DNA of 64,000 nucleotides, taken from positions 1-64,000 of the forward strand of contig JBGCEP010000026.1 in NCBI GenBank assembly GCA_045106415.1. The letters are read 5' to 3'. Made by a program: the position numbers and the translations under genes. A model generated the notes under the pieces. That model saw nothing but the letters and a program-made list of their open reading frames with translations. It was not told where the DNA came from and did not search any database. How positions within the stretch are numbered: position 1 is the first letter of the stretch; every line of letters begins with the position of its first letter. Of this stretch, positions 10,182 to 19,561 are shown piece after piece. This stretch comes from Oligoflexales bacterium (lineage in GTDB: Bacteria; Bdellovibrionota_B; Oligoflexia; Oligoflexales; Bog-1112).

Positions 10182-10547
10182 TTTTTGCCAACATGCTATG
10201 GCTGCTAGAGCCCACGCGAGCAGCCATAGCAACCCACCTATAGGTGTGATAGGTCCGAGAATTCTAGGTCCGCCTAAGGCTAATCCGTATAAGCTTCCTG
10301 AAAATAACAAAAGACCTCCAATAAAACTCCAGCCAGCGATTGTTATGGCCTTTGATGAGTTTTCATTTGCGTAGATACCAATAAATAGAAGAGCAAGGCT
10401 GTGGTACATCTGGTAACGAACACCCGTCTCAAAAGTTTGCAGTGATGCTGCGGAAATAATCTGACGGAGCCCGTGAGCAGCAAAAGCACCTAATGCAACA
10501 CTGAGGCCTGAACTTATACAGCCGATAAAAATAAAAAGATGGTTCAT
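10170..10547 (-). CDS. DUF423 (YgdD/TMEM256) membrane protein
   Basis: LGAFAAH, RYQMYH, FSGSLY, GPITPIGG. Confidence 0.9.
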   Translation of the reverse strand: MNHLFIFIGCISSGLSVALGAFAAHGLRQIISAASLQTFETGVRYQMYHSLALLFIGIYANENSSKAITIAGWSFIGGLLLFSGSLYGLALGGPRILGPITPIGGLLWLLAWALAAIACWQKLTQ

Positions 10548-10650
10548 CAGAAACTTCCTAGTGATTTCATATCTTATTGCAGACTATCGTGACAGGAAGT
10601 TCGACAGAATGCTACTGTAGGTGTTGGATATCTCAAAGGAAGGAGAAGGT

Positions 10651-13533
10651 GTGTTGCGATGGTGCCGATTCGGATCTTTGATTTTATGCCTGGGCTTAGG
10701 AAGCTGTACCCAGGTGCAACATTTGTTTAGACAATGGTTTGGTGGAGAGAGTGTGATTGATACTTCAAAAAGAAGAATGGATGCAGATCGTTCATATCGA
10801 GAAGTGACTTTAGAGAATGGTTTACAGGTGTTGTTGATCTCTGACCCAACTTTTTCAAAGTCAGCAGCAGCGCTGGATGTAGGGGTCGGAAGCTTAATGG
10901 ATCCTCCAGAGCGCTTAGGTTTAGCTCACTTTTTAGAACATATGCTTTTTTTAGGAACCGATCGATACCCTGATGTGGAAGAGTACAGTCGTTATTTGAA
11001 TACTTTCGATGGCCACTCTAATGCTTATACAGCGGCTGAGAATACAAATTATCATTTTGAAGTGAGTCATGAAGGTTTTGAAGGAGCGTTAGATCGTTTT
11101 TCAAGATTTTTTATTGCTCCCCGTATGGATGAGGCTTTTGTTGATAGGGAGTTGAATGCTGTTCATTCTGAGCATCAAAAAAACCTTCAAGATGATTTGT
11201 GGAGAACGCGCTCTATTCTTCGTCTGTTGCATAAAGACGGCCATCCCAGGCAAAAGTTTTCAACAGGTGACCGAAGTACTCTTGGGGGAGTGAGTCGTGA
11301 AGAATTGTTAAATTTTTATCAAACTTATTATTCTTCTAATCAAATGCGTTTGGTTGTGATGGATCGTACAGATCTTGATAGTTTAGAAAAAATGGTTCAA
11401 GAAAAATTTTCCGAAGTCCCTAAACAACATAGAGAGAGCGTGAAGGTTGATCAGAATATTTTTGATCAAAAACAGCTACCTCGTTTGGTTGCAGTTGAAC
11501 CTGTGAAAGACTTAAGAAGACTTTCATTTGTGTTTGCGGCACCATCTCCATTGTCTTACTGGAAAACAAAACCAGGTTCTGCAATTAGTCATATTTTAGG
11601 CTATGAGGGCGCGGGGTCCTTACTCTCTTGGCTCAAGCATGAAGATTTAGCTACAGGTTTGAGTGCGTGGTTAGAGCCATCAAGCTATGCAGGAGTTTTT
11701 CATTTTGATGTGGACTTAACTGAAAAAGGTCTAAAAGAATATGAAGAGGTTGTTGCTGCATTCTTTGGTTATATTAATTTAATGAAAAAGAGTAGCTACC
11801 CAAAACATATACATCATGAACAGCAAGCGATGTCCGCTATTAATTATGTATATGCAGATGGCTTAGAAGGAGTGGGAGCGGCTTCTCGATATGCAAGTCT
11901 AATGCACAGGTATCCAGCGCTACTTTTAGATCAAAGAGATCAACTTATTGAAGAGTATAGTGATGAAGATTATAAACTCTTTTTAAATGTGATTCAGCCA
12001 GAGAATTTGAATTTATTCTTAATTGCTCACGATGTCCCTACAGATCAAGTTGAAGAATTTTATAAAACGAAATATCAAGTCTCTGCTATCGAAAAAGAAA
12101 AGTCAGAGCTATGGAAAGTTAGTGTACCGCACAAAGATATGACTCTGCCGTCTGAGAATGTATTTATTCCAGATCATTTAAGTTTGCAAGAAGTGGACGC
12201 AAAGCCAAGAAAAATTATAGACGAGCCATGGGGAGTCATCTGGGCTCAACATGATCAACAGTTCGATCTTCCTAAGTCTTATGTAAGACTGCATCTAATG
12301 ACTCCTTATACAGGGGGTGATGCACGGCATAAAATGATGTCGGTTTTATATACAATGGTTATTCATGAAGCTTTAAATGAGTGGAAGTATGATTTAAGTA
12401 TGGCAGGCCTTGATGTGAATATTGTGAGAAGCGATGAGGGTGTGCTGCTTGATGTAGCGGGCTACTCTGAGCGTCTCCCTTTATTGATAGAAGAAACATT
12501 AGGTCGATTGAATGATATAGCTATTGATAAAACACGATTTGCAACTGTGAAAGCTGACTTGCAACGAACGATTGAAAATTCTCGCTTGGACGCTGAATAT
12601 CAGCAAGCATTGTATGAGGCTCGGTTTATCTTAGACGATCGAAGTAATCATCGAGAAGAGTATTATGACCCTAGCCAGAAAATTGATCTTTTAACAGCTG
12701 TGACGTTAGAAGATTTACAAATGTGGTTAAGAAGTTTGTATCAAAATGTTTATATCGAAGGCTCTGCTTTTGGTAATTTTGACTATGATGAAATTTCTGA
12801 AGCCTGTCGTAAAGGATATCGTAAGCTTAATGCGCAACCATTAAGTAAAGAAGAAATTGCAAAAACTCGTAGTTCTCGATATCAACTAGATCAAGAATAC
12901 GGACTATTAAAATCAAATCCGCAATCGAATAATCATGTTTGGCTTATGGCTACACAAGTTGGTGCTCGCACAGATGAACTCAGTGCAATCTTGCGAATAG
13001 GTCAAAATATTCTAAAAAGTAGTTTTTATACTGAGCTAAGAACAAAGCAACAGTTAGGCTATATTGTTCATAGCGGTATGAACAATCATACGACTGTTTT
13101 AGGTCTTTTGTTTCTTGTGCAATCTTCTGATTATGATTCTATGCAGATTGATGAAAGAGCACGAGCGTGGATGAAAACAGCTGTCGAAGAGTTAAAGAAT
13201 TTAACAGAAGATCAATTTGAAGTTTATAAACAAGGTGTGATTTCATCGCTCCTTGAAAAGCCTCAAAATCTTTATGAAGCTCATGAAAGTTTCTTTTTTG
13301 AGAGCATTGAGCTCAAGGGACAGTTTGGTTATCGAGCGCAGATAGCTGAAATTGCTAAAACGATTACAAAGAAAAATGTCGAAGAGGTGTTTGAAAAACA
13401 CTTTAACAATCTTAAATCAATGAGTATTTACTTGGTTGCTGGTGATAAAAAAGTAAAACCTCATAAAGATGTTAAACAACTCTTAGATGTTTCAAAGTTT
13501 CGCAAAGAACAAGGTACTTGGCCTTCTGAGTAA
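10651..13533 (+). CDS. M16A insulinase/pitrilysin-family zinc metallopeptidase, probable lipoprotein
   Basis: GLAHFLEH (HXXEH), NAYT, ELRTKQQLGY; LGLGSC lipobox; start uncertain (10621 or 10651). Confidence 0.92.
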   Translation: MLRWCRFGSLILCLGLGSCTQVQHLFRQWFGGESVIDTSKRRMDADRSYREVTLENGLQVLLISDPTFSKSAAALDVGVGSLMDPPERLGLAHFLEHMLFLGTDRYPDVEEYSRYLNTFDGHSNAYTAAENTNYHFEVSHEGFEGALDRFSRFFIAPRMDEAFVDRELNAVHSEHQKNLQDDLWRTRSILRLLHKDGHPRQKFSTGDRSTLGGVSREELLNFYQTYYSSNQMRLVVMDRTDLDSLEKMVQEKFSEVPKQHRESVKVDQNIFDQKQLPRLVAVEPVKDLRRLSFVFAAPSPLSYWKTKPGSAISHILGYEGAGSLLSWLKHEDLATGLSAWLEPSSYAGVFHFDVDLTEKGLKEYEEVVAAFFGYINLMKKSSYPKHIHHEQQAMSAINYVYADGLEGVGAASRYASLMHRYPALLLDQRDQLIEEYSDEDYKLFLNVIQPENLNLFLIAHDVPTDQVEEFYKTKYQVSAIEKEKSELWKVSVPHKDMTLPSENVFIPDHLSLQEVDAKPRKIIDEPWGVIWAQHDQQFDLPKSYVRLHLMTPYTGGDARHKMMSVLYTMVIHEALNEWKYDLSMAGLDVNIVRSDEGVLLDVAGYSERLPLLIEETLGRLNDIAIDKTRFATVKADLQRTIENSRLDAEYQQALYEARFILDDRSNHREEYYDPSQKIDLLTAVTLEDLQMWLRSLYQNVYIEGSAFGNFDYDEISEACRKGYRKLNAQPLSKEEIAKTRSSRYQLDQEYGLLKSNPQSNNHVWLMATQVGARTDELSAILRIGQNILKSSFYTELRTKQQLGYIVHSGMNNHTTVLGLLFLVQSSDYDSMQIDERARAWMKTAVEELKNLTEDQFEVYKQGVISSLLEKPQNLYEAHESFFFESIELKGQFGYRAQIAEIAKTITKKNVEEVFEKHFNNLKSMSIYLVAGDKKVKPHKDVKQLLDVSKFRKEQGTWPSE

Positions 13534-13556
13534 AAAAGAGAGGCTTTTTTAGCTTC

Positions 13557-14171
13557 TTATGAAGCTTTATGTACGGTGTTTTCAGAGTCTTCATCTTCGG
13601 GTGAAGACTCTTTTTCATCCAAGCCATCACGACGTAAAGCATATTTCCAAAGTAATTGTTGAGATGTGAGATAATCAGAATTGGTGGTTCTAAATCGTTC
13701 TACCAGTTCTTCAACACATTTTTTATAAAAGCGTGTTTTGAGATTGTCGCCTTCTTTTTCTAGGAAATTTTCAAAGACTTCTGCGTCTAGAGAAAATAAG
13801 AAACAATTTGCTTCACATCCAACTGTTGCAGAGCGAGGGGCTGAGTCAAAGAGGCTGAACTCCCCAAAAATAGCCCCGTCTTCTAGCATAGCGAGGCGAT
13901 GCATTGCATTAGTTGTTGGGTCGTTTTTGTAAATGGAAACTTTTCCATGAAGGAGGAGAAAAACTCCTCGAGTCGGTTCACCTTCTATAATGGCATAAGC
14001 CTTCGGCTTTAGATTGAGGACCTCACCCAAGGAATAAAGACGCAAAAGCTCATCGTTTGAAACGTAGGAAAAAAGACTAATCTTACGGAGCTGTTCAGCG
14101 CCCCATTTTGGGTCACTGAACTTCTTTTTTAACTCAGAGAGGTCTTCTTGAAACTCATTGTTGAGATCCAT
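13557..14171 (-). CDS. Cyclic-nucleotide-binding domain protein without an evident HTH
   Basis: FGEFSLFDSAPRSATV phosphate-binding cassette. Confidence 0.85.
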   Translation of the reverse strand: MDLNNEFQEDLSELKKKFSDPKWGAEQLRKISLFSYVSNDELLRLYSLGEVLNLKPKAYAIIEGEPTRGVFLLLHGKVSIYKNDPTTNAMHRLAMLEDGAIFGEFSLFDSAPRSATVGCEANCFLFSLDAEVFENFLEKEGDNLKTRFYKKCVEELVERFRTTNSDYLTSQQLLWKYALRRDGLDEKESSPEDEDSENTVHKAS

Positions 14172-14180
14172 ATCTGCATC

Positions 14181-15551
14181 CTATTGAACATCTTTTGTTG
14201 AGCTTGCAATCCACTCAACAAGATCAATTTGAGTGACAATATGAAGCGGTTTTTTATTTTGATCTACAACGACAACGCATCCGTGGCGGGATAGGACGTC
14301 TTGAAGAGTGCGAATAGGGCTCTGAGGACTCACTGTGGCGACTTGGCGAAGCATGATGTCAACAATCGGTGTGTTCTGACTGTCGGTCATTTCACCTGAA
14401 AGAATATGATTCAATAATTCAGATTCCCGGAGAAGACCAATGAGCTTCTGTTCTTTAATGACAGGGATTTGAGAAAACCCATTTTTTCTCATGATTTCTA
14501 TCGCTTCAATAGCTGAGCTTTGAGATTCCAGAGAAATGAGAGGAGTGTCAGAGCGCTTTTGCAAGAGAGTTTCGATTGTTCCGTGAATAGCGTGCTCTTG
14601 AGAGTGAAAGTGGTTTCTCTCCATCCATTGGTCGTCTAAAAATTTGCTCATATAATTGCGAACACCATCTGCTAAAATAAGGACACAGTTCTGACCTGCT
14701 TGAAGAGTCTTTGCTTCCTGTAATGCAGCATAGAGGACAGACCCTGATGATCCACCGCATAGAAGTCCTTCTTCGTGGATGAGGCGTCTTGCAAGTAAGA
14801 AAGACTGTCTGTCGTCGGTTTTGACCCATTTGTCGACGAGGCTACGATCAAGAACATCGGGTACGAAGTCATAGCCAATGCCTTCAACCTTATAACTGCT
14901 GACCTGATCCCCACCCCCAAGGATAGAGCCTATGGGATCTGCACCTACGACTTTGCAGTTGGGGCGTGTTGCTTTGATTTTTTTTGCGATACCCGTAATA
15001 GTACCTCCGGTACCTGCTCCAACAACAACCATATCAACTTTTTGATTGAGATCTTCAAGGATTTCAACGGCAGTGCCATGGGTATGAGCACCAGGGTTCG
15101 CAGGGTTTGCGTATTGGTCTAAAATATGAGCATTTGGGAGCTCTTTTTGAAGGCGGATAGCCACTTGGATATGGCTGTCTGGGTGGTCCCAAGCTGCTTC
15201 AGTGGGGGTGCGGATAATGCGAGCTCCAAGAGCTTCTAGAACAACTTGTTTTTCGCGGCTCATTTTTTCAGGCATTGTAATAATGACATTATAACCCTTA
15301 ACAGCGCCAACAAGAGCAATGCCAATGCCCGTATTGCCAGAAGTTGGTTCAATAAGAGTGTCACCAGGACGGATTTTTCCAGAAGCTTCTGCTTCTTCAA
15401 CCATATGAACTGCAATTCTGTCTTTGACAGAGCCCCCAGGATTTAGGTATTCACACTTTGCAAAGACGTTGCACTCCAAGTGGCGAGCGACATTTTGTAG
15501 CCGAACAAGTGGAGTTTTACCTACAGCTTCGAGAATATTTTGAAAATGCAT
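14181..15551 (-). CDS. cbs: Cystathionine beta-synthase with C-terminal CBS pair
   Basis: [36 protein letters not shown] plus CBS domains. Confidence 0.88.
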   Translation of the reverse strand: MHFQNILEAVGKTPLVRLQNVARHLECNVFAKCEYLNPGGSVKDRIAVHMVEEAEASGKIRPGDTLIEPTSGNTGIGIALVGAVKGYNVIITMPEKMSREKQVVLEALGARIIRTPTEAAWDHPDSHIQVAIRLQKELPNAHILDQYANPANPGAHTHGTAVEILEDLNQKVDMVVVGAGTGGTITGIAKKIKATRPNCKVVGADPIGSILGGGDQVSSYKVEGIGYDFVPDVLDRSLVDKWVKTDDRQSFLLARRLIHEEGLLCGGSSGSVLYAALQEAKTLQAGQNCVLILADGVRNYMSKFLDDQWMERNHFHSQEHAIHGTIETLLQKRSDTPLISLESQSSAIEAIEIMRKNGFSQIPVIKEQKLIGLLRESELLNHILSGEMTDSQNTPIVDIMLRQVATVSPQSPIRTLQDVLSRHGCVVVVDQNKKPLHIVTQIDLVEWIASSTKDVQ

Positions 15552-15773
15552 GAAACACCTATATCAATGATTTTAAGATCTCATAATATCCTGTGGGGAT
15601 CAGTGAAGCAAGGACCTTTCTCTATGATTTGGAGCTGAGAAATATGGTTTTAAGAAGATTTAATTTGTTATTGAGATTTCCTGAGTTGATAGAGTAATTT
15701 ATTGGAATAAGTTTTTTTGTTGTTCTGTCTAATTTGCAGAGAGAATGTTTATGTCAGAGTCGTAGAGGTTGTT

Positions 15774-16127
15774 GTGAGTTATTGTTATCATTGTCAGTAC
15801 GAATTTCAGCATCAAGAAACGATCTCACGAAGAGATGAATGTCCTCAGTGTCATAAAGATATGAGAGCTTGCTATAACTGTCGGTTTTTTGACGAACAAT
15901 CCTCTCGTCAATGCACAGAGAGTCAAGCAGATTTGATTTCAGATAAAGAAAAAGCGAATTTTTGTGGTTGGTTTAAGATAGGAAATCATGAAATTCAGAG
16001 TACAGATTTTTCTAAAACACATGCCCATCTAGCTGCTCTCTTCTCAACATCATTTGTGAATACAGTGGAAGAAACTGAGACTGTGAACCTAGAAAATCAA
16101 TTGAAAGATTTTATGAAATCCCGGTAA
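15774..16127 (+). CDS. Small Cys-rich (probable Zn-binding) hypothetical protein
   Basis: CxxC, CxxC, CxxC plus two further Cys; no signal peptide; GTG start after GAGG. Confidence 0.7.
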   Translation: MSYCYHCQYEFQHQETISRRDECPQCHKDMRACYNCRFFDEQSSRQCTESQADLISDKEKANFCGWFKIGNHEIQSTDFSKTHAHLAALFSTSFVNTVEETETVNLENQLKDFMKSR

Positions 16128-16269
16128 GTGAATTTTTCCTACTCTGAAGAATTTACAAAAGCATGAGATATCAAGGGGTTTTTATGTGTTTTGTCAAAGT
16201 CTTGACACCTCTTTGACTCTAAATTGACGTAATGAAAAAATAAGTTGAGCTCCTTTTATAGAGAAACTT

Positions 16270-17298
16270 ATGATTTTCACCCAATCTGTTCTTGCGATTG
16301 ATATAGGTTCTTCCTCTGTAAAAATTGCGCGCATTGATCGGCAGCGAGTTAGTTTAATAGATCATGAAGTTTTACCAGAAGAATGTGTTGTTGATGGAAT
16401 ATTGCAGAATGGCGATGTTCTGTATGAAACACTTAATGATCTTTTATCTCGTAATGGTATTGGAAAATATCAGAGATTTTTGACAAGAGTCGGTTTATCC
16501 CTTGGGGGAACAGCTGTGCTTATGAAAAAAATAGATCTTGCTGTTTCTGAAGGAGATATAGATACAACTGTTTATTATGAAGCTGAGCAGCAGCTGCAAC
16601 ATCCTCTGGAAGAATTATATGTAAGCTATCACCTTCAAGAGCGGCAAGAGAATGATTATGCTTATCCTATTATTGTTGCCGGTGCCAGACGAGAAGTTGT
16701 TGATGACTATGTTGAACTGTTACACCGTCTGGATCTAAAAATCGGTGTGATTGATTGTGACTCCTTTTGTATTTCAAATATGTTTGAGGCAAATTATGGG
16801 GCGCAACCTGGTTCTATTGTTCTAATGAATGTTGGTGCCTCGTCGGTGCAGTTGAATTTAATTGAAGAAGGTTTCTGGGTAAACTCTTCGGAGATACCTT
16901 TAGGGGGCCATTATTATTCAAGAACTTTAGCTGGACGATTAGGAGTTGAAGCGTCAGAAGCAGAGGCTATTAAAATTGCATGCAGCTCTTCTTCTGGAGG
17001 TACGACAGAAGCTATGGCTGTTCTTCAAGAGGTGAACCAACAGCTTCTTGAAGAGATGAGAAGGACTCTCGAGTTTTTTGGAGTTCAGGTTTTGCAATCC
17101 ATTTTTTTGTCAGGTGGGAGTTCTCGCATTCTTGGGCTGGCAAACACTTTATCTTCAGGGTTAGGAACAACTGTTAATTTGCTGAATCCTTTTCTTAATA
17201 TTGAATTACCAAATCGTTTTGAATCGAAGCTTAAAGATAGTCATTTATACGCAAATGTGATTGGCCTTGGGCTAAGAAGTTATGAAAGGAGGTTTTAG
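16270..17298 (+). CDS. pilM: Type IV pilus assembly protein PilM
   Basis: IDIGSSSVK actin-like motif, LSGGSS, NPF, first gene of the operon. Confidence 0.9.
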   Translation: MIFTQSVLAIDIGSSSVKIARIDRQRVSLIDHEVLPEECVVDGILQNGDVLYETLNDLLSRNGIGKYQRFLTRVGLSLGGTAVLMKKIDLAVSEGDIDTTVYYEAEQQLQHPLEELYVSYHLQERQENDYAYPIIVAGARREVVDDYVELLHRLDLKIGVIDCDSFCISNMFEANYGAQPGSIVLMNVGASSVQLNLIEEGFWVNSSEIPLGGHYYSRTLAGRLGVEASEAEAIKIACSSSSGGTTEAMAVLQEVNQQLLEEMRRTLEFFGVQVLQSIFLSGGSSRILGLANTLSSGLGTTVNLLNPFLNIELPNRFESKLKDSHLYANVIGLGLRSYERRF

Positions 17299-17303
17299 TT
17301 GAA

Positions 17304-18062
17304 TTGATTTTTATAAACCTGACACCTCCTGAAGAGATTGAAAATAATTACTGGTATGTTCCAGATGTCGCAGCTGTTTTACTTGCTTTCTTTTTAAGCC
17401 ATTCTGTTTTTACATGGATGAAGGCAGAGATTCGTAATGATATCGATTTAATTGAGAATAAAAGAGCGACAATCGCACAGAATATGGAAGAAATTAAGCC
17501 TCAAGTAAAAAGATATAAAGAAATAAACAAAGAAATGAATGAGCTCCGAGAGCGGATTCAAGCTTTGAAAAATCTAACAATTTCTGAATTAACAAGATTT
17601 AGGCCTGTGATTATTTTAGAACAAATTCAAACTTTAATGCCTAAAGGTGTGTGGCTCATTGATATGAGGCTAGATGTTGATCAAAAAGCGTTATCTATTC
17701 AAGGTGGAGCTTTAGATAATTTATTAGTTGCTGAATTTATGAATATATTAAAATCTACTTCTCAAGAAGAAATTTATCCAGGTGATATGCGAACTCAGAT
17801 TTATTTCTCTCATGTGTTATTGCAACAAGTAAGTAAAGGTAACGCAAACCCTGTTGATGAGGCTGTTCAGGGAGATAATCAGGACGCAGCAGCAAATGCT
17901 GCTATCGCAAGGATTGCTGAAGCTGAAGGTCGAAATTTTGAAAACCAAGCTGAGCTGAGAGGTGGTGGAGATCTTGCTGCAGAAAACATTAAATTTACGA
18001 TGAAAATTCGCTTTGATGAAAGGCGAAGTCAACAAATTATTCGTGACCTGGGTGAGTTATGA
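17304..18062 (+). CDS. pilN: Type IV pilus assembly protein PilN
   Basis: N-terminal INL motif, TM helix, coiled coil, PKGVWL; position after pilM. Confidence 0.85.
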   Translation: MIFINLTPPEEIENNYWYVPDVAAVLLAFFLSHSVFTWMKAEIRNDIDLIENKRATIAQNMEEIKPQVKRYKEINKEMNELRERIQALKNLTISELTRFRPVIILEQIQTLMPKGVWLIDMRLDVDQKALSIQGGALDNLLVAEFMNILKSTSQEEIYPGDMRTQIYFSHVLLQQVSKGNANPVDEAVQGDNQDAAANAAIARIAEAEGRNFENQAELRGGGDLAAENIKFTMKIRFDERRSQQIIRDLGEL

Positions 18063-18709
18063 CAAAAGAAGAAGCTTTAGAAAGATACCAAGGAATTAAA
18101 CTTCCTTTAAGAATTCTTTTAAGTTTATCTTTTGGTTTGAGCTACCCTGTTTTAGAAGCTTTGGAAGATATTCCTTCTTTAACTGAAGATGTTGAGCTAT
18201 CAGAAAGAAAACTGTCGTCAGAAGAAACAAAGTACCGAAGAGAATTAAAGACTATAAGCGATCTGCCACTGCTAGAGAACTCATTATCTGAAATCAGGAG
18301 AAACTTAGAAATTACTAGAAATAAACTTCCTGATGAATTTAAAATTGATGAAATTTTAGCAATGATATCTCACAATGCGAATCTGTCTGGTGTTGATATA
18401 CAAGTTTTTTCACCTGAAGAAAATGAGCAAGCTTTTCAGCAACTAAGATATGTTTCTCAGAGAGTTCAGATTTCGTTACAAGGGCAATACGTCGCTATTG
18501 CTGATTTTTTAGATAGAGTTTTGCATCTTAAACTCTTAATGCATGCTGTCGATTTAAGTCTATCACCAGCAGAAGCAGAAGGAAATAATGATCAAAATGG
18601 AAACAGCTTAAAATTAAAAGGTATTGTTAAGTTTAATATTTTTCGAACAATGAAAGACTCGGAAACAGCAGCAATTAACAATGGAATAGTCGAAGAGAGG
18701 AAAGGGTAA
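18059..18709 (+). CDS. pilO: Type IV pilus assembly protein PilO
   Basis: TM + coiled coil + LPDE...GQYVAIADFLD; operon position. Confidence 0.85.
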   Translation: MTKEEALERYQGIKLPLRILLSLSFGLSYPVLEALEDIPSLTEDVELSERKLSSEETKYRRELKTISDLPLLENSLSEIRRNLEITRNKLPDEFKIDEILAMISHNANLSGVDIQVFSPEENEQAFQQLRYVSQRVQISLQGQYVAIADFLDRVLHLKLLMHAVDLSLSPAEAEGNNDQNGNSLKLKGIVKFNIFRTMKDSETAAINNGIVEERKG

Positions 18710-19551
18710 TGAACATTATGAAAATATTTATTCTTTTAACTCTACCTTTTCTTATGGCGCAAGTTCCTCTTAACGAACCCGCGAGTTCCTCTAATTTTTT
18801 ATCAGAATCGGATACAGATAAAAAAGTAGATAATAAAGAAGAGACTTCTGAACTTGACCGAAGAGCTGCTGATTCTTTAGTTGGGCTTTTTTGGGAAAGC
18901 TATGGTGATGAAGAATCAAAAGAAATCGCAACAATTGAACAAAAAGTAAGACTTGGAGACTCAAGGGAACCTATTTCGGAATATCGATATGCATCATTTT
19001 ATCAAGCAGACCCTTTTGTTGAGCCTAAAGCGACAATTTTAGAAAAAAAACTAGAAATCCCAATTACAAATCAATTGCAGCGTTATGATACACAAGCTTT
19101 ATCTGTAAAAGGAATATGGCAAGACTCTCAAGGGGTACGAAAAGCTCTAATTTTAGCATCTGATAATGTCGCTGTTGTTGCAAAAATAGGTGATGCAGTA
19201 GGACGTCGAGGAGGGCGGATTACTGAGATGGAAAAAGATAGAGTTATCGTCAGAGAGTTTTATTTCTCAGATGAAGGAAATAGACAGTTTCAAGATGTTT
19301 CTGTATGGAATGGTGGGATTACTCGTGAAGAAAAAGATTCGAAAATAGAAATGAGTTCTCAAGTAACCTTAGAATCCATGGATGGCTTAGGATTTTTGGA
19401 AAGAAAAGAAATTTTAGAAAGAAAAGAACTTCAAAAGATAGAGAAGAATCGTATATCTCAAGCGGATAAAATAAAGCAAGAAAATAATCAGAATGCACCA
19501 AATAATCAATTGCCAGGTGGTTTAGGTGCTAATGACATTCCTGCGCAATAA
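18709..19551 (+). CDS. pilP: PilP-like pilus assembly protein
   Basis: DPF motif, LQRYD..L.VKGI, KIGDAVG..GG.I; operon position. Confidence 0.78.
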   Translation: MNIMKIFILLTLPFLMAQVPLNEPASSSNFLSESDTDKKVDNKEETSELDRRAADSLVGLFWESYGDEESKEIATIEQKVRLGDSREPISEYRYASFYQADPFVEPKATILEKKLEIPITNQLQRYDTQALSVKGIWQDSQGVRKALILASDNVAVVAKIGDAVGRRGGRITEMEKDRVIVREFYFSDEGNRQFQDVSVWNGGITREEKDSKIEMSSQVTLESMDGLGFLERKEILERKELQKIEKNRISQADKIKQENNQNAPNNQLPGGLGANDIPAQ

Positions 19552-19561
19552 AGAGGTTATT

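Noticed and set aside
15774..16127. CPQCH as a c-type heme site
   Set aside because: No export signal and multiple CxxC pairs; zinc binding is more likely
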